NCBI GenBank assembly: GCA_965224085.1
Contig: CBDCYI010000011.1
Span: 1,543,639 to 1,607,638, forward strand
From: Candidatus Marinacidobacterales bacterium
GTDB lineage: Bacteria; Acidobacteriota; Vicinamibacteria; Marinacidobacterales; SMYC01
Reading direction: 5' to 3'
DNA length: 64,000 nucleotides
Made by a program: the position numbers and the translations under genes. Of the stretch, positions 36,009 to 48,798 are shown piece after piece. The notes below the pieces were generated by a model. The model had not been told where the DNA came from. It ran no database searches and saw only the letters and a program-made list of their open reading frames with translations. Position 1 is the stretch's first letter. Each line of letters begins with the position of its first letter.

Positions 36009-36986
36009 TTAACGATTGGAGTCCTTTATCGCCCCGAGCGACTCCATCGACTCCATCGACTCCATCGACTCAATGATGCGTAGGGCAAGCTCCAACGCGC
36101 GTGTGCCATCCGCGCCGGTCACTCGGGGACTTCGACCCTCGGTCACCGATTCGAGAAAGTCTTCAAGTTCTCGTTTGAGCGGCTCTTCGTTGACGAGGGT
36201 CAGCTCTTTTCTCTCGATGTCGGGCTGCTCGCCAACGCCTTGGAAGATTCGGTAGCGGATAGCCTCTTGACTTTGGTAGTCGAGCGAAACGTAGCAATCG
36301 CGCTCGAAAACCCGAAGCTTTCGCACCTTTTCCTGCGAGACCCGGCTTGCAGTGATGTTGGCGACCGCCCCCCCTTGGAAGCGAAGACGTGCGTTGGCGA
36401 TATCTACGCGCGGTGTCAGCACTGGGACACCGACGGCTTCGAGAGATACGACTTCCCTCCCCACGAGCGACATGACGACGTCGAGATCATGGATCATCAA
36501 GTCCAGCACGACGTCGATGTCGAGACTGCGCGGGCTGAAGGAGGCGAGACGGTGAACCTCGATGAAGCGCGGATCCTTCCGCTGGCTCAACAAGGCCTCG
36601 ACCGCCGGGTTGTGACGCTCGGTGTGCCCCACAGCGAGGCACAGACCTCTATCCGCAGCCGCTTTCGTCATGCGCTCGGCCTGTGCTCGGGACGAGGCAA
36701 TCGGTTTTTCTACGAGCACGTGGATCCCGGCTTCGAGAAGCTCGAGCGTCACCGCCTCGTGATCGACCGTCGGGACCGCCACGCTCGCGGCGGAAACGTC
36801 CTTCACGAACTCCCGGAAATGGGTGACACCGCGAACCCCGTAGCTTGCCGCGACCCTCTGAGCGCGCTCGAGATCAGAATCGGCAACACCCACGAGCTCG
36901 GCACCGTCGAGCTCGGAGAAGACACGCGCGTGACGCGAGCCGAGCTGCCCGACCCCCACTACGGCCACTTTGAGCCGCTCGGTCAA
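36009..36986 (-). CDS. Gfo/Idh/MocA-family NAD(P)-dependent oxidoreductase (GnnA-like position in lipid A cluster)
   Basis: KVAVVGVGQLGSRHA Rossmann motif, EKP motif. C-terminal (SME)x3 repeat. Confidence 0.75.
   Translation of the reverse strand: MTERLKVAVVGVGQLGSRHARVFSELDGAELVGVADSDLERAQRVAASYGVRGVTHFREFVKDVSAASVAVPTVDHEAVTLELLEAGIHVLVEKPIASSRAQAERMTKAAADRGLCLAVGHTERHNPAVEALLSQRKDPRFIEVHRLASFSPRSLDIDVVLDLMIHDLDVVMSLVGREVVSLEAVGVPVLTPRVDIANARLRFQGGAVANITASRVSQEKVRKLRVFERDCYVSLDYQSQEAIRYRIFQGVGEQPDIERKELTLVNEEPLKRELEDFLESVTEGRSPRVTGADGTRALELALRIIESMESMESMESLGAIKDSNR
36040..36075. repeat. 9-nt tandem repeat x4 (gactccatc) at 3' end of oxidoreductase gene
   Basis: gactccatc appears three times followed by gactcaatg. 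It encodes ESMESMESMESL on the minus strand. Confidence 0.85.
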
Positions 36987-37790
36987 CTAGATCCCCACCA
37001 CGGTGATCGCGCGCTCGTCCGCGTTTCTCAGAAGCGCTTCGCGCTCGAGAAGAAGCACGCGCCCGGTCTCGAGCCCGAGTGCAGTCGCTCCCGACGCCGT
37101 CATCGAGTCGATCGTCGTTGGTCCGATGACGGGGACGTCGAAGCGCATATCCTGTTGGGGCCGAGCCACTTTGACGACCGTGAGCGGTCCTTCGACAACA
37201 TCACCCGCACGGAGGACGGCGGCATCGGTACCTTCCATGGCCTCCGCCGCCACCACGGTCTTGTTTTTGACAATGACTGTCTGCCCGATATCGAGCTCCG
37301 CGAGGCCGCGAGCCATCTCGACCCCGAAAACAAAATCCAAGCGCTCGCGCTTGTTCGGACCCCGCTTGGTCATCGGCCCCTTCGTCATCAGATGCGAGCG
37401 CAGCAGCAGCGTCGAATCGACAAGCTCAACCCCTTCCTCTCCGAGCACCTCCGCAAGGGTCTTCAACATCTCGTCGGTACTTCGTGACGAGAGCCTCGAG
37501 AGGACTTTGAGCGTGAGGCGATCCGGTCGCAGGATGTGAAAGGCGCTGACATGGCGGACGCGGCCCGCCATGATCGCTCGCGATACACCCGCATCGCCAA
37601 AAATCCGCACGCATTTCGAGAGCTGTCCGATACCGATCGTATGAAATGGCCCTGCGGCTTTTTTGGCGAGCTCGGGATCCGCCTCGCCTTCGATCGCGAG
37701 CGTCACGACTTCGATCCCGTGGCGCGCGGCTTCATCGAGCACTATGAAGGGAAACGCCCCTTCCCCGGCAATCAAGCCAATGGTCGAGGG
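36987..37790 (-). CDS. lpxI: UDP-2,3-diacylglucosamine pyrophosphatase LpxI (DUF1009)
   Basis: IGLIAGEGAFP at the N-terminus and RFDVPVIG near the C-terminus are hallmarks of LpxI. Start is approximate (probable non-ATG start); the longer ORF overlaps lpxA. Confidence 0.7.
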   Translation of the reverse strand, partial: PSTIGLIAGEGAFPFIVLDEAARHGIEVVTLAIEGEADPELAKKAAGPFHTIGIGQLSKCVRIFGDAGVSRAIMAGRVRHVSAFHILRPDRLTLKVLSRLSSRSTDEMLKTLAEVLGEEGVELVDSTLLLRSHLMTKGPMTKRGPNKRERLDFVFGVEMARGLAELDIGQTVIVKNKTVVAAEAMEGTDAAVLRAGDVVEGPLTVVKVARPQQDMRFDVPVIGPTTIDSMTASGATALGLETGRVLLLEREALLRNADERAITVVGI

Positions 37791-37827
37791 AAGTGAGCTC
37801 GGCTCGGACACGCGTTTAGAGAAATCC

Positions 37828-38679
37828 TCAGTCCGCGTCCGAGTCCTCACGGCCGCGCTTGACGATAACGCCTCGCTCGGAGCCACGCACGAAATCGATG
37901 ATCGCGCGCACATCGGGGCTCACGTCGCACGCATCGGGATCATCACGCCCGTCAATATCATCAGGCCCATCAAGCTTGTCGAGCGCCTGAGAGACGTTGA
38001 GGCTCGATTGCTGGAGCGTGCGGAAAGCGGAGCGGATCTTTTCGATGCGGTCGCGGCCGAATTCCCGTCGCTCGAGACCGACTGTGTTGGCCCCATAGAG
38101 TCGCGCACGATTGCCGACGGTTTTCGAAAACGGCAAGACATCTTTGGTGACGACCGAATAGCCTCCTACGAAAGCGTAGGTGCCCACGCGGCAGAACTGA
38201 TGGACGCCGGAAAAAGCGCTCACCGTCGCGTGATCCTCCACGGTCACATGGCCGCCCAGGGTAGCCGCATTGCCGAAGATGGTGCCGCTGCCGATCTGGC
38301 AATCATGCGCCACATGGGTGTAGGCCATGAATAGATTTTTGTCGCCGATGACCGTGCGACTGCCACCGAGAGCGGTACCGCGATGAATCGTGACGAACTC
38401 GCGAAAAACGTTCTCGTTGCCGATCTCGAGAGTCGAGACCTCGCCTTCGAACTTCAGGTCCTGGGGCTCGAGACCAATCGAGGCAAACGGGAAAACGCGA
38501 CACCGCTCGCCAATCTTCGTATAACCGTCGATGACGACATTCGAGTCGATGACGGTGTCCCGTTCGATCTCGACGTGCTCACCAATGACGGTATAGGGCC
38601 CGACGCGAACGCCCTCGGCGAGCCGCGCTCTATCGTGCACGACAGCCGTCGGGTGACACTCCACAGCAGCGGTGCTCAT
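37828..38679 (-). CDS. lpxA: acyl-ACP--UDP-N-acetylglucosamine O-acyltransferase
   Basis: Left-handed beta-helix hexapeptide repeats, about 283 aa, adjacent to fabZ. Confidence 0.9.
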   Translation of the reverse strand: MSTAAVECHPTAVVHDRARLAEGVRVGPYTVIGEHVEIERDTVIDSNVVIDGYTKIGERCRVFPFASIGLEPQDLKFEGEVSTLEIGNENVFREFVTIHRGTALGGSRTVIGDKNLFMAYTHVAHDCQIGSGTIFGNAATLGGHVTVEDHATVSAFSGVHQFCRVGTYAFVGGYSVVTKDVLPFSKTVGNRARLYGANTVGLERREFGRDRIEKIRSAFRTLQQSSLNVSQALDKLDGPDDIDGRDDPDACDVSPDVRAIIDFVRGSERGVIVKRGREDSDAD

Positions 38680-39116
38680 CCCGCGTCCACACCCGTCAGC
38701 ACCAGCTCGGCTTCGGCCGCTAGCTGTTGTTCGACCTCGACGCGAGCCGCGAGCTTACGGAAATTGCCGCGCGCTTTCGCGACCGTCACATGGATCTCGA
38801 GCCGATCCCCCGGAACGACCGGCCGTCGGAACTTGGCGTGATCGATGCTCACAAGATAAAACGCTTTTCCTCGAGCGCTTCCGTCTGCCGGCAACACCAT
38901 CAGCCCCCCCGCCTGCGCCATAGCCTCGAGGATCAAAACCCCGGGCATGACGGGCAAGTTGGGAAAGTGCCCCGCAAAGAATTCTTCGTTGATGGTGACG
39001 TTCTTTCGGGCGTGGATACGCTCGTCGGGTACGAGCTCGACGATCCTATCTAGCATCAGGAGCGGATAGCGATGCGGCAGCCGCTCCATGATCCACTGGA
39101 TGTCCATCTCGGGCAT
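38676..39116 (-). CDS. fabZ: 3-hydroxyacyl-ACP dehydratase
   Basis: LPHRYPLLMLDRI...GHFP...PGVLILEAMAQ. Start taken at MPEMDIQW. Confidence 0.9.
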   Translation of the reverse strand: MPEMDIQWIMERLPHRYPLLMLDRIVELVPDERIHARKNVTINEEFFAGHFPNLPVMPGVLILEAMAQAGGLMVLPADGSARGKAFYLVSIDHAKFRRPVVPGDRLEIHVTVAKARGNFRKLAARVEVEQQLAAEAELVLTGVDAG

Positions 39117-39139
39117 CAGGGATTCGTTGTCCGGCGGTC

Positions 39140-39739
39140 TTACTGTGGATTTGCCGGCGGGACGCCTTGTTCGCCGGGCGGGGCCATCATCTCGTCGAGC
39201 TTCTTCACGATCAACGGGCTGATGTCGAGCGTCGGATCCAAGACGAAGGTCAGACCCGGCGTAACACGGAAGATGAGACCGATCCCATTTTCTTGTGCAA
39301 CTTGCTCGACGACCGGCGCAACCTTTTCCTGGAACTTTGCTTCGCCATCCTGCCGCTTTGCTTCGAAATCTGCTTGAGCATCCTCGACCCACCGCTGGGC
39401 GTCGGTGCGCTTGCGCTCGATGTCCCGCTGGAGCCGCACTTTGGCGTCCTGCGACAAAATTTCGGAGTTCAGCTTGGTCTGCAAGTCAACGATCTCCTGC
39501 TGCAGCCGCTGGGTCTCGGTCGCGATCTTTTCGTTCTCGCCTCGGAGCGAGTCGAAAAGCGCTCTGCCTGCGGTGGATTCCGCCGCGATCCGGTCGATGT
39601 CGATGACTGCGATCTTGGTCGCGCCCGAGAGACCCTGAATCGGCGCCCCAGAAGCCTCCTGCGCAAGGGCGCCCGCATGCGCCACCGCAACGAACGCCAT
39701 CGCCAAAGTGGCGATGCTAGCTACTCTCGATAAATTCAT
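39140..39739 (-). CDS. skp: periplasmic chaperone OmpH/Skp
   Basis: Signal peptide plus a coiled-coil Skp fold, downstream of bamA. Confidence 0.8.
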   Translation of the reverse strand: MNLSRVASIATLAMAFVAVAHAGALAQEASGAPIQGLSGATKIAVIDIDRIAAESTAGRALFDSLRGENEKIATETQRLQQEIVDLQTKLNSEILSQDAKVRLQRDIERKRTDAQRWVEDAQADFEAKRQDGEAKFQEKVAPVVEQVAQENGIGLIFRVTPGLTFVLDPTLDISPLIVKKLDEMMAPPGEQGVPPANPQ

Positions 39740-39792
39740 GATTGCAGTTACTCCTATAAGTTCTTGTTGGGATCCGAGCTCCTCTTGACGTT

Positions 39793-42210
39793 CTAGAACG
39801 TCGTTCCTATACCGAACCGAAAAGCGGTGGCCGGCTGGAAAGCATCGCGATGGGGATTATAAGCCCAAATCAGGCGGAACGGAACGTTCAGGACCGGCAC
39901 GAAGAACCGCATTTCCGCCCCCGTCGACGTCCTCAAGTCTTCGAACATGGAAAAACTCCACGACGTGTTCTCGGCATAGGCCTGCCCGGCATCGAAGAAC
40001 AGAACCAAACGCAGCGGACCAGCGAGTGGGATGTAATATTCCGCGTTCAACAAGATCATCTTGTTTCCGCCGATGAAGCGACCGAGAGGGTCGCGGGGGC
40101 CGACCGTGCGAATGTCGTAGCCGCGAATTTGATTCTCACCACCGAGGAAGAAGCGCTCGAAGAACGGAATGCCCGTTTGCTGGACGTCGAGAATGAGGTC
40201 TCCGGCCTCTTCGTCGAGCTCTCCTTCGACGACGCGCCCTTCGGCGGTCCCTTTGAGCCAGGAGACCATCGCGCGAAATCCGAGATTGGTCGTACGAGTC
40301 AGAGGGAGGTACCAGATGCCTTCGAAAGTCGGTTTGTAGTAGTTGACCGTGCCCCCGAGAACGCCACCGGCAACTCCGAAGCTAGCAGTGTAGCGCTTGC
40401 CCCGGAACGGAAAGAGCGGGTTGTCAGTCGTATTGTGGATGAAAGATGGCGTCACCTTGCTCGAGATAAAGTTGCCTTGGATGCCGAGAAAACGCGGATC
40501 GAGGAAGGCGGAGTTTATGAACAAATCGTTGATGGTCAGGACTAGATCCGGATCGGGCTCCGCGGTCTTGATCACCGAGTAGTTGTAGTTCAAGAAAAGG
40601 CGCGAGAAGCGTTTGATCGGGATACCCCAAACGAGCCCGGCGCCCGTGTCGTGACGCGTGAACTGCGGAAGACGTAGCGTCCGCTTGAAGACGTCGAAGC
40701 CGAGTGTTATCGGCTTGTCCATGAAGTAGGGGTCGGTGATCGCGATCTGAAAGTTTCGAGTACGGCTTCCCGTTTGGAGCGAGAACGAGGCCGTTTCTCC
40801 ACGGCCGAGAAAGTTCGTCGTCGAAAAAGCGAGGTTGATGAACGCACCTTCGAGCCCGGATACTCCACCGCCGAAAGTAAACTGGTTGCGATTCTGCTCG
40901 GCGAGCCTGAGGGTGATATCGAGCTTGTTATCCTCGCCTTCCACCGGCAAGATCTCGGGCTCTTCGATGGGCTGAAAGTAGCCGAGCTGGTTGATGCGCT
41001 GAATCGACATCTTGAGCAGCTCCATATTCATGACGTCTTGCTCGTTCAGCCACATCTCGCGACGGATGACTTTGTCGCGCGTCGTCGTATTGCCTTTGAA
41101 GTCGATCTGATTGACGAAATATTGCTTGTCTTCGTTGAGATTGATCGTCACGTCGACGAGGTCCGTCTCCGGAACAGGCTGCTTTATGGGGAAGCCGGTA
41201 AACTGGATGTAGCCGCGAGCGCCGTAGAGCTCACGCAGCTTCTCGAGCCCCTTGGTAATCTTGGATTCGTCGTAAACCTCTCCTGGCAAAAGCTTGAAGT
41301 AGCTCTTGATGAACTCCTCGGGCATGAGCTCCGAGCCCTCGACGGACACGTTCCCGACCCGATATTGCTTGCCTTCGACAACGGGAACTTTGAGACTCAG
41401 CCAGCGGCGCGGTTTCTTCCAAAAGAGAAAGCGAGAGCTCCCGTCTTCGTACTCCATCTCGGGAGGCCCAAAGGACACGTCCACGAAGCCGCTATTGAGA
41501 TAGATTTCCCGCACGAGCTCGATATCGGCCGCGTATTGCTCTTCCGTATACGTACTGCCACCCATGAGAGCGCCCAGCGCGTGGCTCTCTTTGGTCTTCT
41601 TCATCCCCCAGCGAAGCCGCCAGTCGTCGAAATACTCGGCACCGTCGAACTGGATTTGCTTGATCCGAATCTTCTGCTCGTCTTTGATGTCGAAAACGAT
41701 TTTGACACCGCCTGACTCGAGCGCATCGACACGGGTCGACACCGAGCCGTCGGTCCGACCTTTATCGATGAGCATCGCCCGGATGATGTTCTCCGCTTTG
41801 ACGACTTTGGCCGGATCGTAGAACGACTCGATCGGGATCTCGACGCCTTCTTCTTCGAGCTGCTCTGTAATGTCGCTGGCGTCGATCTCTTTCGAGCCAA
41901 CAAAGTCGAGAGCTTGGACCCTAGGACGCTCGGCGACGACATAAGTGACGACTTTGCCGCGCTCGCCATCGGTCACTTCGAGAGTCAAGTCGTCGAGAAA
42001 GCCCGTACCCCACAAACGGCGGAAATCGTCGAGAGCGTGCCCACGGTCATAGGGGTCGCCGATTTTCTGGGTCAAGTGAAACAAATAGGTCTCTGAGTCG
42101 ACAATGCCATTACCCTGAATCTCTATCCGCTCGATATTGTTCTCCTGAGCGAGGACTAGGGAAGGGAGCAATATCGACAAGAGAACGCTGATGAAACGCC
42201 GGTTGGGCAT
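39793..42210 (-). CDS. bamA: outer membrane protein assembly factor BamA
   Basis: 805 aa with POTRA repeats, an Omp85 beta-barrel and a C-terminal F. Confidence 0.9.
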   Translation of the reverse strand: MPNRRFISVLLSILLPSLVLAQENNIERIEIQGNGIVDSETYLFHLTQKIGDPYDRGHALDDFRRLWGTGFLDDLTLEVTDGERGKVVTYVVAERPRVQALDFVGSKEIDASDITEQLEEEGVEIPIESFYDPAKVVKAENIIRAMLIDKGRTDGSVSTRVDALESGGVKIVFDIKDEQKIRIKQIQFDGAEYFDDWRLRWGMKKTKESHALGALMGGSTYTEEQYAADIELVREIYLNSGFVDVSFGPPEMEYEDGSSRFLFWKKPRRWLSLKVPVVEGKQYRVGNVSVEGSELMPEEFIKSYFKLLPGEVYDESKITKGLEKLRELYGARGYIQFTGFPIKQPVPETDLVDVTINLNEDKQYFVNQIDFKGNTTTRDKVIRREMWLNEQDVMNMELLKMSIQRINQLGYFQPIEEPEILPVEGEDNKLDITLRLAEQNRNQFTFGGGVSGLEGAFINLAFSTTNFLGRGETASFSLQTGSRTRNFQIAITDPYFMDKPITLGFDVFKRTLRLPQFTRHDTGAGLVWGIPIKRFSRLFLNYNYSVIKTAEPDPDLVLTINDLFINSAFLDPRFLGIQGNFISSKVTPSFIHNTTDNPLFPFRGKRYTASFGVAGGVLGGTVNYYKPTFEGIWYLPLTRTTNLGFRAMVSWLKGTAEGRVVEGELDEEAGDLILDVQQTGIPFFERFFLGGENQIRGYDIRTVGPRDPLGRFIGGNKMILLNAEYYIPLAGPLRLVLFFDAGQAYAENTSWSFSMFEDLRTSTGAEMRFFVPVLNVPFRLIWAYNPHRDAFQPATAFRFGIGTTF

Positions 42211-42234
42211 CGCTGATTCCCTTATTCCAAATTT

Positions 42235-44676
<2,442 letters not shown>

Positions 44677-44810
44677 CCAACGTGGTGTTTCGTCATTATA
44701 TCACACGCGTATAAATCGTTGCGACAGTTGAGGTTCAAGCTTTTGGATGCATGCGGCATCCCTTGGAGCATAGCACTTTCGATGCCTCGTAACCAGTGAA
44801 CGACAGCTGT

Positions 44811-45479
44811 TCACATCCGCAACGTGCCATTTTCCATAAAGAACGTTCGATCGCACACGAAAGCCACGGCTTCGGAGTGAGTCACGATAACCGAGGTTAG
44901 ATCGCGTTTTTCATGAAGATGGCGAAATAGGGACACGAGCCCTTCGCTGTTGCCTGTGTCGAGGTTCCCTGTGGGCTCGTCGGCAAGCACGAGGCTCGGC
45001 TCGGTGACGAGTGCCCGCGCCACGGCCACCCTTTGCTGCTCCCCGCCGGAGAGCTGAGACGGCCGGTGCGAGCCACGCTCCGAGAGGCCTAGCTCCGCGA
45101 GGAGCCTCTCGGCTCGCCGCAAGGCCTCGGCCCGCTCCATCCGGCCGATCATGAGCGGCATCGCAACGTTTTCCGCGGCCGTGAATTCTGGCAACAAGTG
45201 ATGGAACTGAAAGACGAAGCCGATCGTCTCGTTGCGGAGCCGCGTACGCGCGTCCTCGTTGAGTTCGAAGAGCGACTTATCGCCGATATGTACCGTTCCC
45301 GAGTCGGGAACGTCGAGGCTGCCGAGAACGTGCATGAGCGTGCTCTTCCCGACCCCGGAGGCCCCGACAATCGCAACCATCTCCCCCTTCTCGATAGAGA
45401 GATCCACACCGCGCAGCACGTCCACACGCCTACCATTCGAAGCAAAAGCCTTGGTGAGGTTATGTGCTTCTAAAAACAT
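44811..45479 (-). CDS. lolD: lipoprotein-releasing system ATP-binding protein
   Basis: ABC ATPase with GASGVGKST and LSGGEQQR motifs, adjacent to the LolC/E permease. Confidence 0.8.
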   Translation of the reverse strand: MFLEAHNLTKAFASNGRRVDVLRGVDLSIEKGEMVAIVGASGVGKSTLMHVLGSLDVPDSGTVHIGDKSLFELNEDARTRLRNETIGFVFQFHHLLPEFTAAENVAMPLMIGRMERAEALRRAERLLAELGLSERGSHRPSQLSGGEQQRVAVARALVTEPSLVLADEPTGNLDTGNSEGLVSLFRHLHEKRDLTSVIVTHSEAVAFVCDRTFFMENGTLRM

Positions 45480-45551
45480 GCGTCAGCTTCCGGTAGCAGC
45501 GCTGAACTCACAGTGGTAGCAGGCAGCAAAAACAACGATTCACAGAAAAAA

Positions 45552-46841
45552 TCATTCGAATCTCAAAGCTTCCGTAATAACCAATTGAGCGGCCCTTCGC
45601 GCGGGGTAGAGTGTCGCAGCGAAACACATCAGAGGGGCCGCGATGACCACCAGCATGAAATCCGCGGGGAGCAGCTTGAACGGCACCCACGCCACCTGGT
45701 AGACGTCCTCGGGGATCGAGATCACGCGATAGTGATCGAGCACCCAGGAGATCGTAACGCCCAGCGCCGCTCCCACGGCGGTTCCCGCCACACCGATGAT
45801 GGCGCCCTGCAACATGAAGATGCGCATGATGCTCTTGGCGCTCGCCCCCATCGATCGAAGAATGGCGATGTCCCGTGTCTTGTTCATGACGATCATGATC
45901 TGGCTCGCGATGATATTGAGAGCGGCCACACCCACGATGAAGCCGATGAAGATCGTCGTCACCACCTTCTCGACCCAGAAGGCGGAAAAAAGACTACGGT
46001 TCGTTTCCTTCCAGTTCATCGAGCCGTACTCGCCACCAATCGCTCTCATAACGTCCAACTCGACGCGCCCGACGTCGAAGATATCCAAAACTTTCGTCTC
46101 GACATACATCGCCTCATCCCCGACACCGAGAAGCCGCTGCGCGTCGGGAAGATGCAGAAGCGCCCACGAGTTGTCGAAGTTATAGAGCCCGAGCTGGAAA
46201 ATACCCACGACGCGAAAGCTTCGCGTGCGCGGCAGCATGCCGAACGGGCTTAGATGGCCTTCGGGCGACGTGACTTTCATGATATCCCCGATGAAGACGC
46301 CGAGCGTCATCGCAAGCTCTTCCCCGACGATGATAGGCGGCGGCTCGTTCGCAAGCTCCTCACCCGAAACATTTCCCTCAGACTTTTCGGGCTCGGACAG
46401 GCGCATCAGCTCTCCGACCAACATTTTCTGCCCGAACTCGGTGACGGTGGCTTCGAGCTCCGGCTCGATGCCCTTGAGCGTCACGAGCCCGGAGCCGGTC
46501 GCGCTCGAGACGAGCGCTTTGCCGTACAACACGGGGGCAGCCCCCACGACGGCATCGATACCGCCGAGCTTCGCCATAACGTCCCGATAATCCGCGAAGG
46601 CTTCCCCTCCACCTTTGTAGATGCTCAGATGGGAGGCGGCTCCGAGGATGCGTGAGCGCAGCTCGCCTTGCATCCCCGTCAAGATCGCGAGTGCGATGAG
46701 CAGGATCATGACACCCACAACGACGCCTAGAGTGGAGATGGTCGAGATCACTGCAATGAAGAGCTGACGTCGTTGCGCGAAGAGGTAGCGCAGCGCGATC
46801 CTCAGCTCGAAAGGCATGTTATTCCTCGCCCTCGCGCGCAT
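45552..46841 (-). CDS. lipoprotein-releasing system permease LolC/E family (FtsX-like)
   Basis: MacB-like periplasmic domain plus an FtsX C-terminal 4-TM region. Confidence 0.8.
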   Translation of the reverse strand: MRARARNNMPFELRIALRYLFAQRRQLFIAVISTISTLGVVVGVMILLIALAILTGMQGELRSRILGAASHLSIYKGGGEAFADYRDVMAKLGGIDAVVGAAPVLYGKALVSSATGSGLVTLKGIEPELEATVTEFGQKMLVGELMRLSEPEKSEGNVSGEELANEPPPIIVGEELAMTLGVFIGDIMKVTSPEGHLSPFGMLPRTRSFRVVGIFQLGLYNFDNSWALLHLPDAQRLLGVGDEAMYVETKVLDIFDVGRVELDVMRAIGGEYGSMNWKETNRSLFSAFWVEKVVTTIFIGFIVGVAALNIIASQIMIVMNKTRDIAILRSMGASAKSIMRIFMLQGAIIGVAGTAVGAALGVTISWVLDHYRVISIPEDVYQVAWVPFKLLPADFMLVVIAAPLMCFAATLYPARRAAQLVITEALRFE

Positions 46842-48354
46842 CCGCTGCAGCGGAGCGCCCGCTCTCAGGCCTCAGGTGCGGGAACAAGATGACGTCGCGG
46901 ATGGAGTGCGAGTCCGTGAACAGCATGACGAGCCGATCGATACCGAGTCCCTCGCCTCCGGTGGGCGGGAGGCCGTGCATCAAAGCCCGCACATAATCCT
47001 CGTCCATATCGTGCGCTTCCGCGTCACCGCGGGCGCGCTCTTCGAGCTGCGCCTCGAAGCGGGCTCTCTGATCGTCGGGATCGTTGAGCTCGCTGAAGCC
47101 GTTCGCAACCTCCATTCCAGCGATGAACAGCTCGAACCGCTCGACGAACACCGGATCGTCGCGCTTCTTCTTGGAGAAAGGAGAGACATCTACCGGATAG
47201 TCTGTTACGAAAGTCGGCTGTACGAGTGACGCCTCGATGAGATGATCAAAGAGCACGCTCAGGAGCTTTCCCCACGGGGCGCCCTCGTCTAGGCCGAGCT
47301 CGAGCTTGCGGCCAAGCTCGACGAGCACTTCGCGCTCCCGCAACTCCTCCGGCCCGATTTCGAGGTCGTGTATGCGGAGCGCTTCGACGACGCCGTCGAG
47401 CATCGCGAGGCGCCGGTACGGCGGTGTCAGATCGATCTCGACCTCTCCGTAGCGAAGCGGCTTTCCGTCGTGGACGTTTTTCTGGAGCTCGGCCAGAAGC
47501 TCTTCTGTGAGCGCCATCATACTCTCGACATCACTATAGGCTTCATAGAACTCGAGCATGGTGAATTCGGGGTTGTGGCGCGTCGAGATTCCCTCATTGC
47601 GGAAATTGCGATTGATCTCGTAGACCTTTTCGAGCCCGCCCACGGTCAGTCGCTTGAGATAGAGCTCGGGGGCGATGCGCATATAGAGCTCGATCCCGAG
47701 AGTGTTGTGAAACGTTTTGAACGGCCGCGCGGTGGCACCACCGGCGATGGGCTGAAGCATCGGAGTCTCGACTTCAATATATCCGTGTGCGTCGAAGAAA
47801 TCTCGGATCCGGGCGACAACGCGGCTGCGGGTGACAAAAATGGCGCGGGAATCTTCGTTCGCAATGAGGTCCAGATAGCGTTGGCGGTAGCGGATCTCCA
47901 CATCGGCCAGGCCATGCCATTTTTCGGGGAGCGGCTTGAGAGCTTTGGCGAGAAATGTGAGTTTTTCGACTCTGAGCGTGAGCTCGCCTGTTTTAGTCCG
48001 AAACAAAGGTCCCTGGACACCGATGAAATCTCCAATGTCGAGCTTCTTGTAAATGGCGAAACCCGGATCCTCGACCGTGTCCTTGCGTACGTAGATTTGG
48101 AGCTTGCCTGCACCGTCGCTCAATCGCAGAAATCCTGCTTTCCCGAATTTGTTCAGGGCCACGATGCGCCCGGCCGTTCGGACCTGAACCGGATCTTTAT
48201 CGAGCTCCTCCTCGCTCTTCGTATCGAACGTGGTGAACGCCTCCGAAACAGTATGCGTCCGGTCGAAGCGAGTCGGATAGACGTTCACTCCGAGCTCTCC
48301 GAGCTCCTGTCTCTTCGTGCGCCTTTCCTTTTCGATACGGTCTTCGACACCCAC
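46819..48354 (-). CDS. lysS: lysine--tRNA ligase (class II)
   Basis: OB-fold anticodon-binding domain plus a class II core (motifs 1-3). GTG start is 1 nt after the nusB stop; the longer Arg-rich N-terminal extension of the ORF is rejected. Confidence 0.9.
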   Translation of the reverse strand: MGVEDRIEKERRTKRQELGELGVNVYPTRFDRTHTVSEAFTTFDTKSEEELDKDPVQVRTAGRIVALNKFGKAGFLRLSDGAGKLQIYVRKDTVEDPGFAIYKKLDIGDFIGVQGPLFRTKTGELTLRVEKLTFLAKALKPLPEKWHGLADVEIRYRQRYLDLIANEDSRAIFVTRSRVVARIRDFFDAHGYIEVETPMLQPIAGGATARPFKTFHNTLGIELYMRIAPELYLKRLTVGGLEKVYEINRNFRNEGISTRHNPEFTMLEFYEAYSDVESMMALTEELLAELQKNVHDGKPLRYGEVEIDLTPPYRRLAMLDGVVEALRIHDLEIGPEELREREVLVELGRKLELGLDEGAPWGKLLSVLFDHLIEASLVQPTFVTDYPVDVSPFSKKKRDDPVFVERFELFIAGMEVANGFSELNDPDDQRARFEAQLEERARGDAEAHDMDEDYVRALMHGLPPTGGEGLGIDRLVMLFTDSHSIRDVILFPHLRPESGRSAAADAREGEE

Positions 48355-48773
48355 TATCTGCTCTCCGATGTCGCTTCGATATTGGCACAAACGGCGTCGA
48401 GCACGCCGTTCACGAAACTGACCGCGTCGGGCGCGGAGAAGCGCTTCGTGATCTCGAGCGCCTCGTTGATGACGACCCTTTTGGGGGTCTCGGTATCGAG
48501 AAACTCGTAGACCGCAATTCTCAGAATGTTGCGATCGACGGCCGCCATCCGAGAAAGCCTCCAGCGGTCGGACTGCGCGGTGATGAGCGCATCGATCTCT
48601 TCTACGCGGCGGATCGTTTCTTCCGCGAGCGAGCGACCGAAATCCCGCGCCTCTTGGCTCGGATTTCGGATCTCGTCCATCGACCAAACGACCTCTCCGA
48701 CGGACGCACGGGTGACATCCCATTGGTAAAGCATTTGAACTGCGAACTCACGCCCTTTCCTGCGCACCCCCAT
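48354..48773 (-). CDS. nusB: transcription antitermination factor NusB
   Basis: REFAVQMLYQWD... Confidence 0.9.
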   Translation of the reverse strand: MGVRRKGREFAVQMLYQWDVTRASVGEVVWSMDEIRNPSQEARDFGRSLAEETIRRVEEIDALITAQSDRWRLSRMAAVDRNILRIAVYEFLDTETPKRVVINEALEITKRFSAPDAVSFVNGVLDAVCANIEATSESR

Positions 48774-48798
48774 GCTCAGCCTCTGACTTTCGACACTT

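Noticed and set aside
46819-48723. 634-aa lysS ORF with 120-aa Arg-rich N-terminal extension, and similar long N-terminal extensions on leuS-adjacent, yqeC, lpxI, fabZ, ppnN, deoA and rpiB ORFs
   Set aside because: The extensions are low-complexity, overlap neighbouring genes or run antisense. Conserved domains begin at internal ATG/GTG starts with better spacing.
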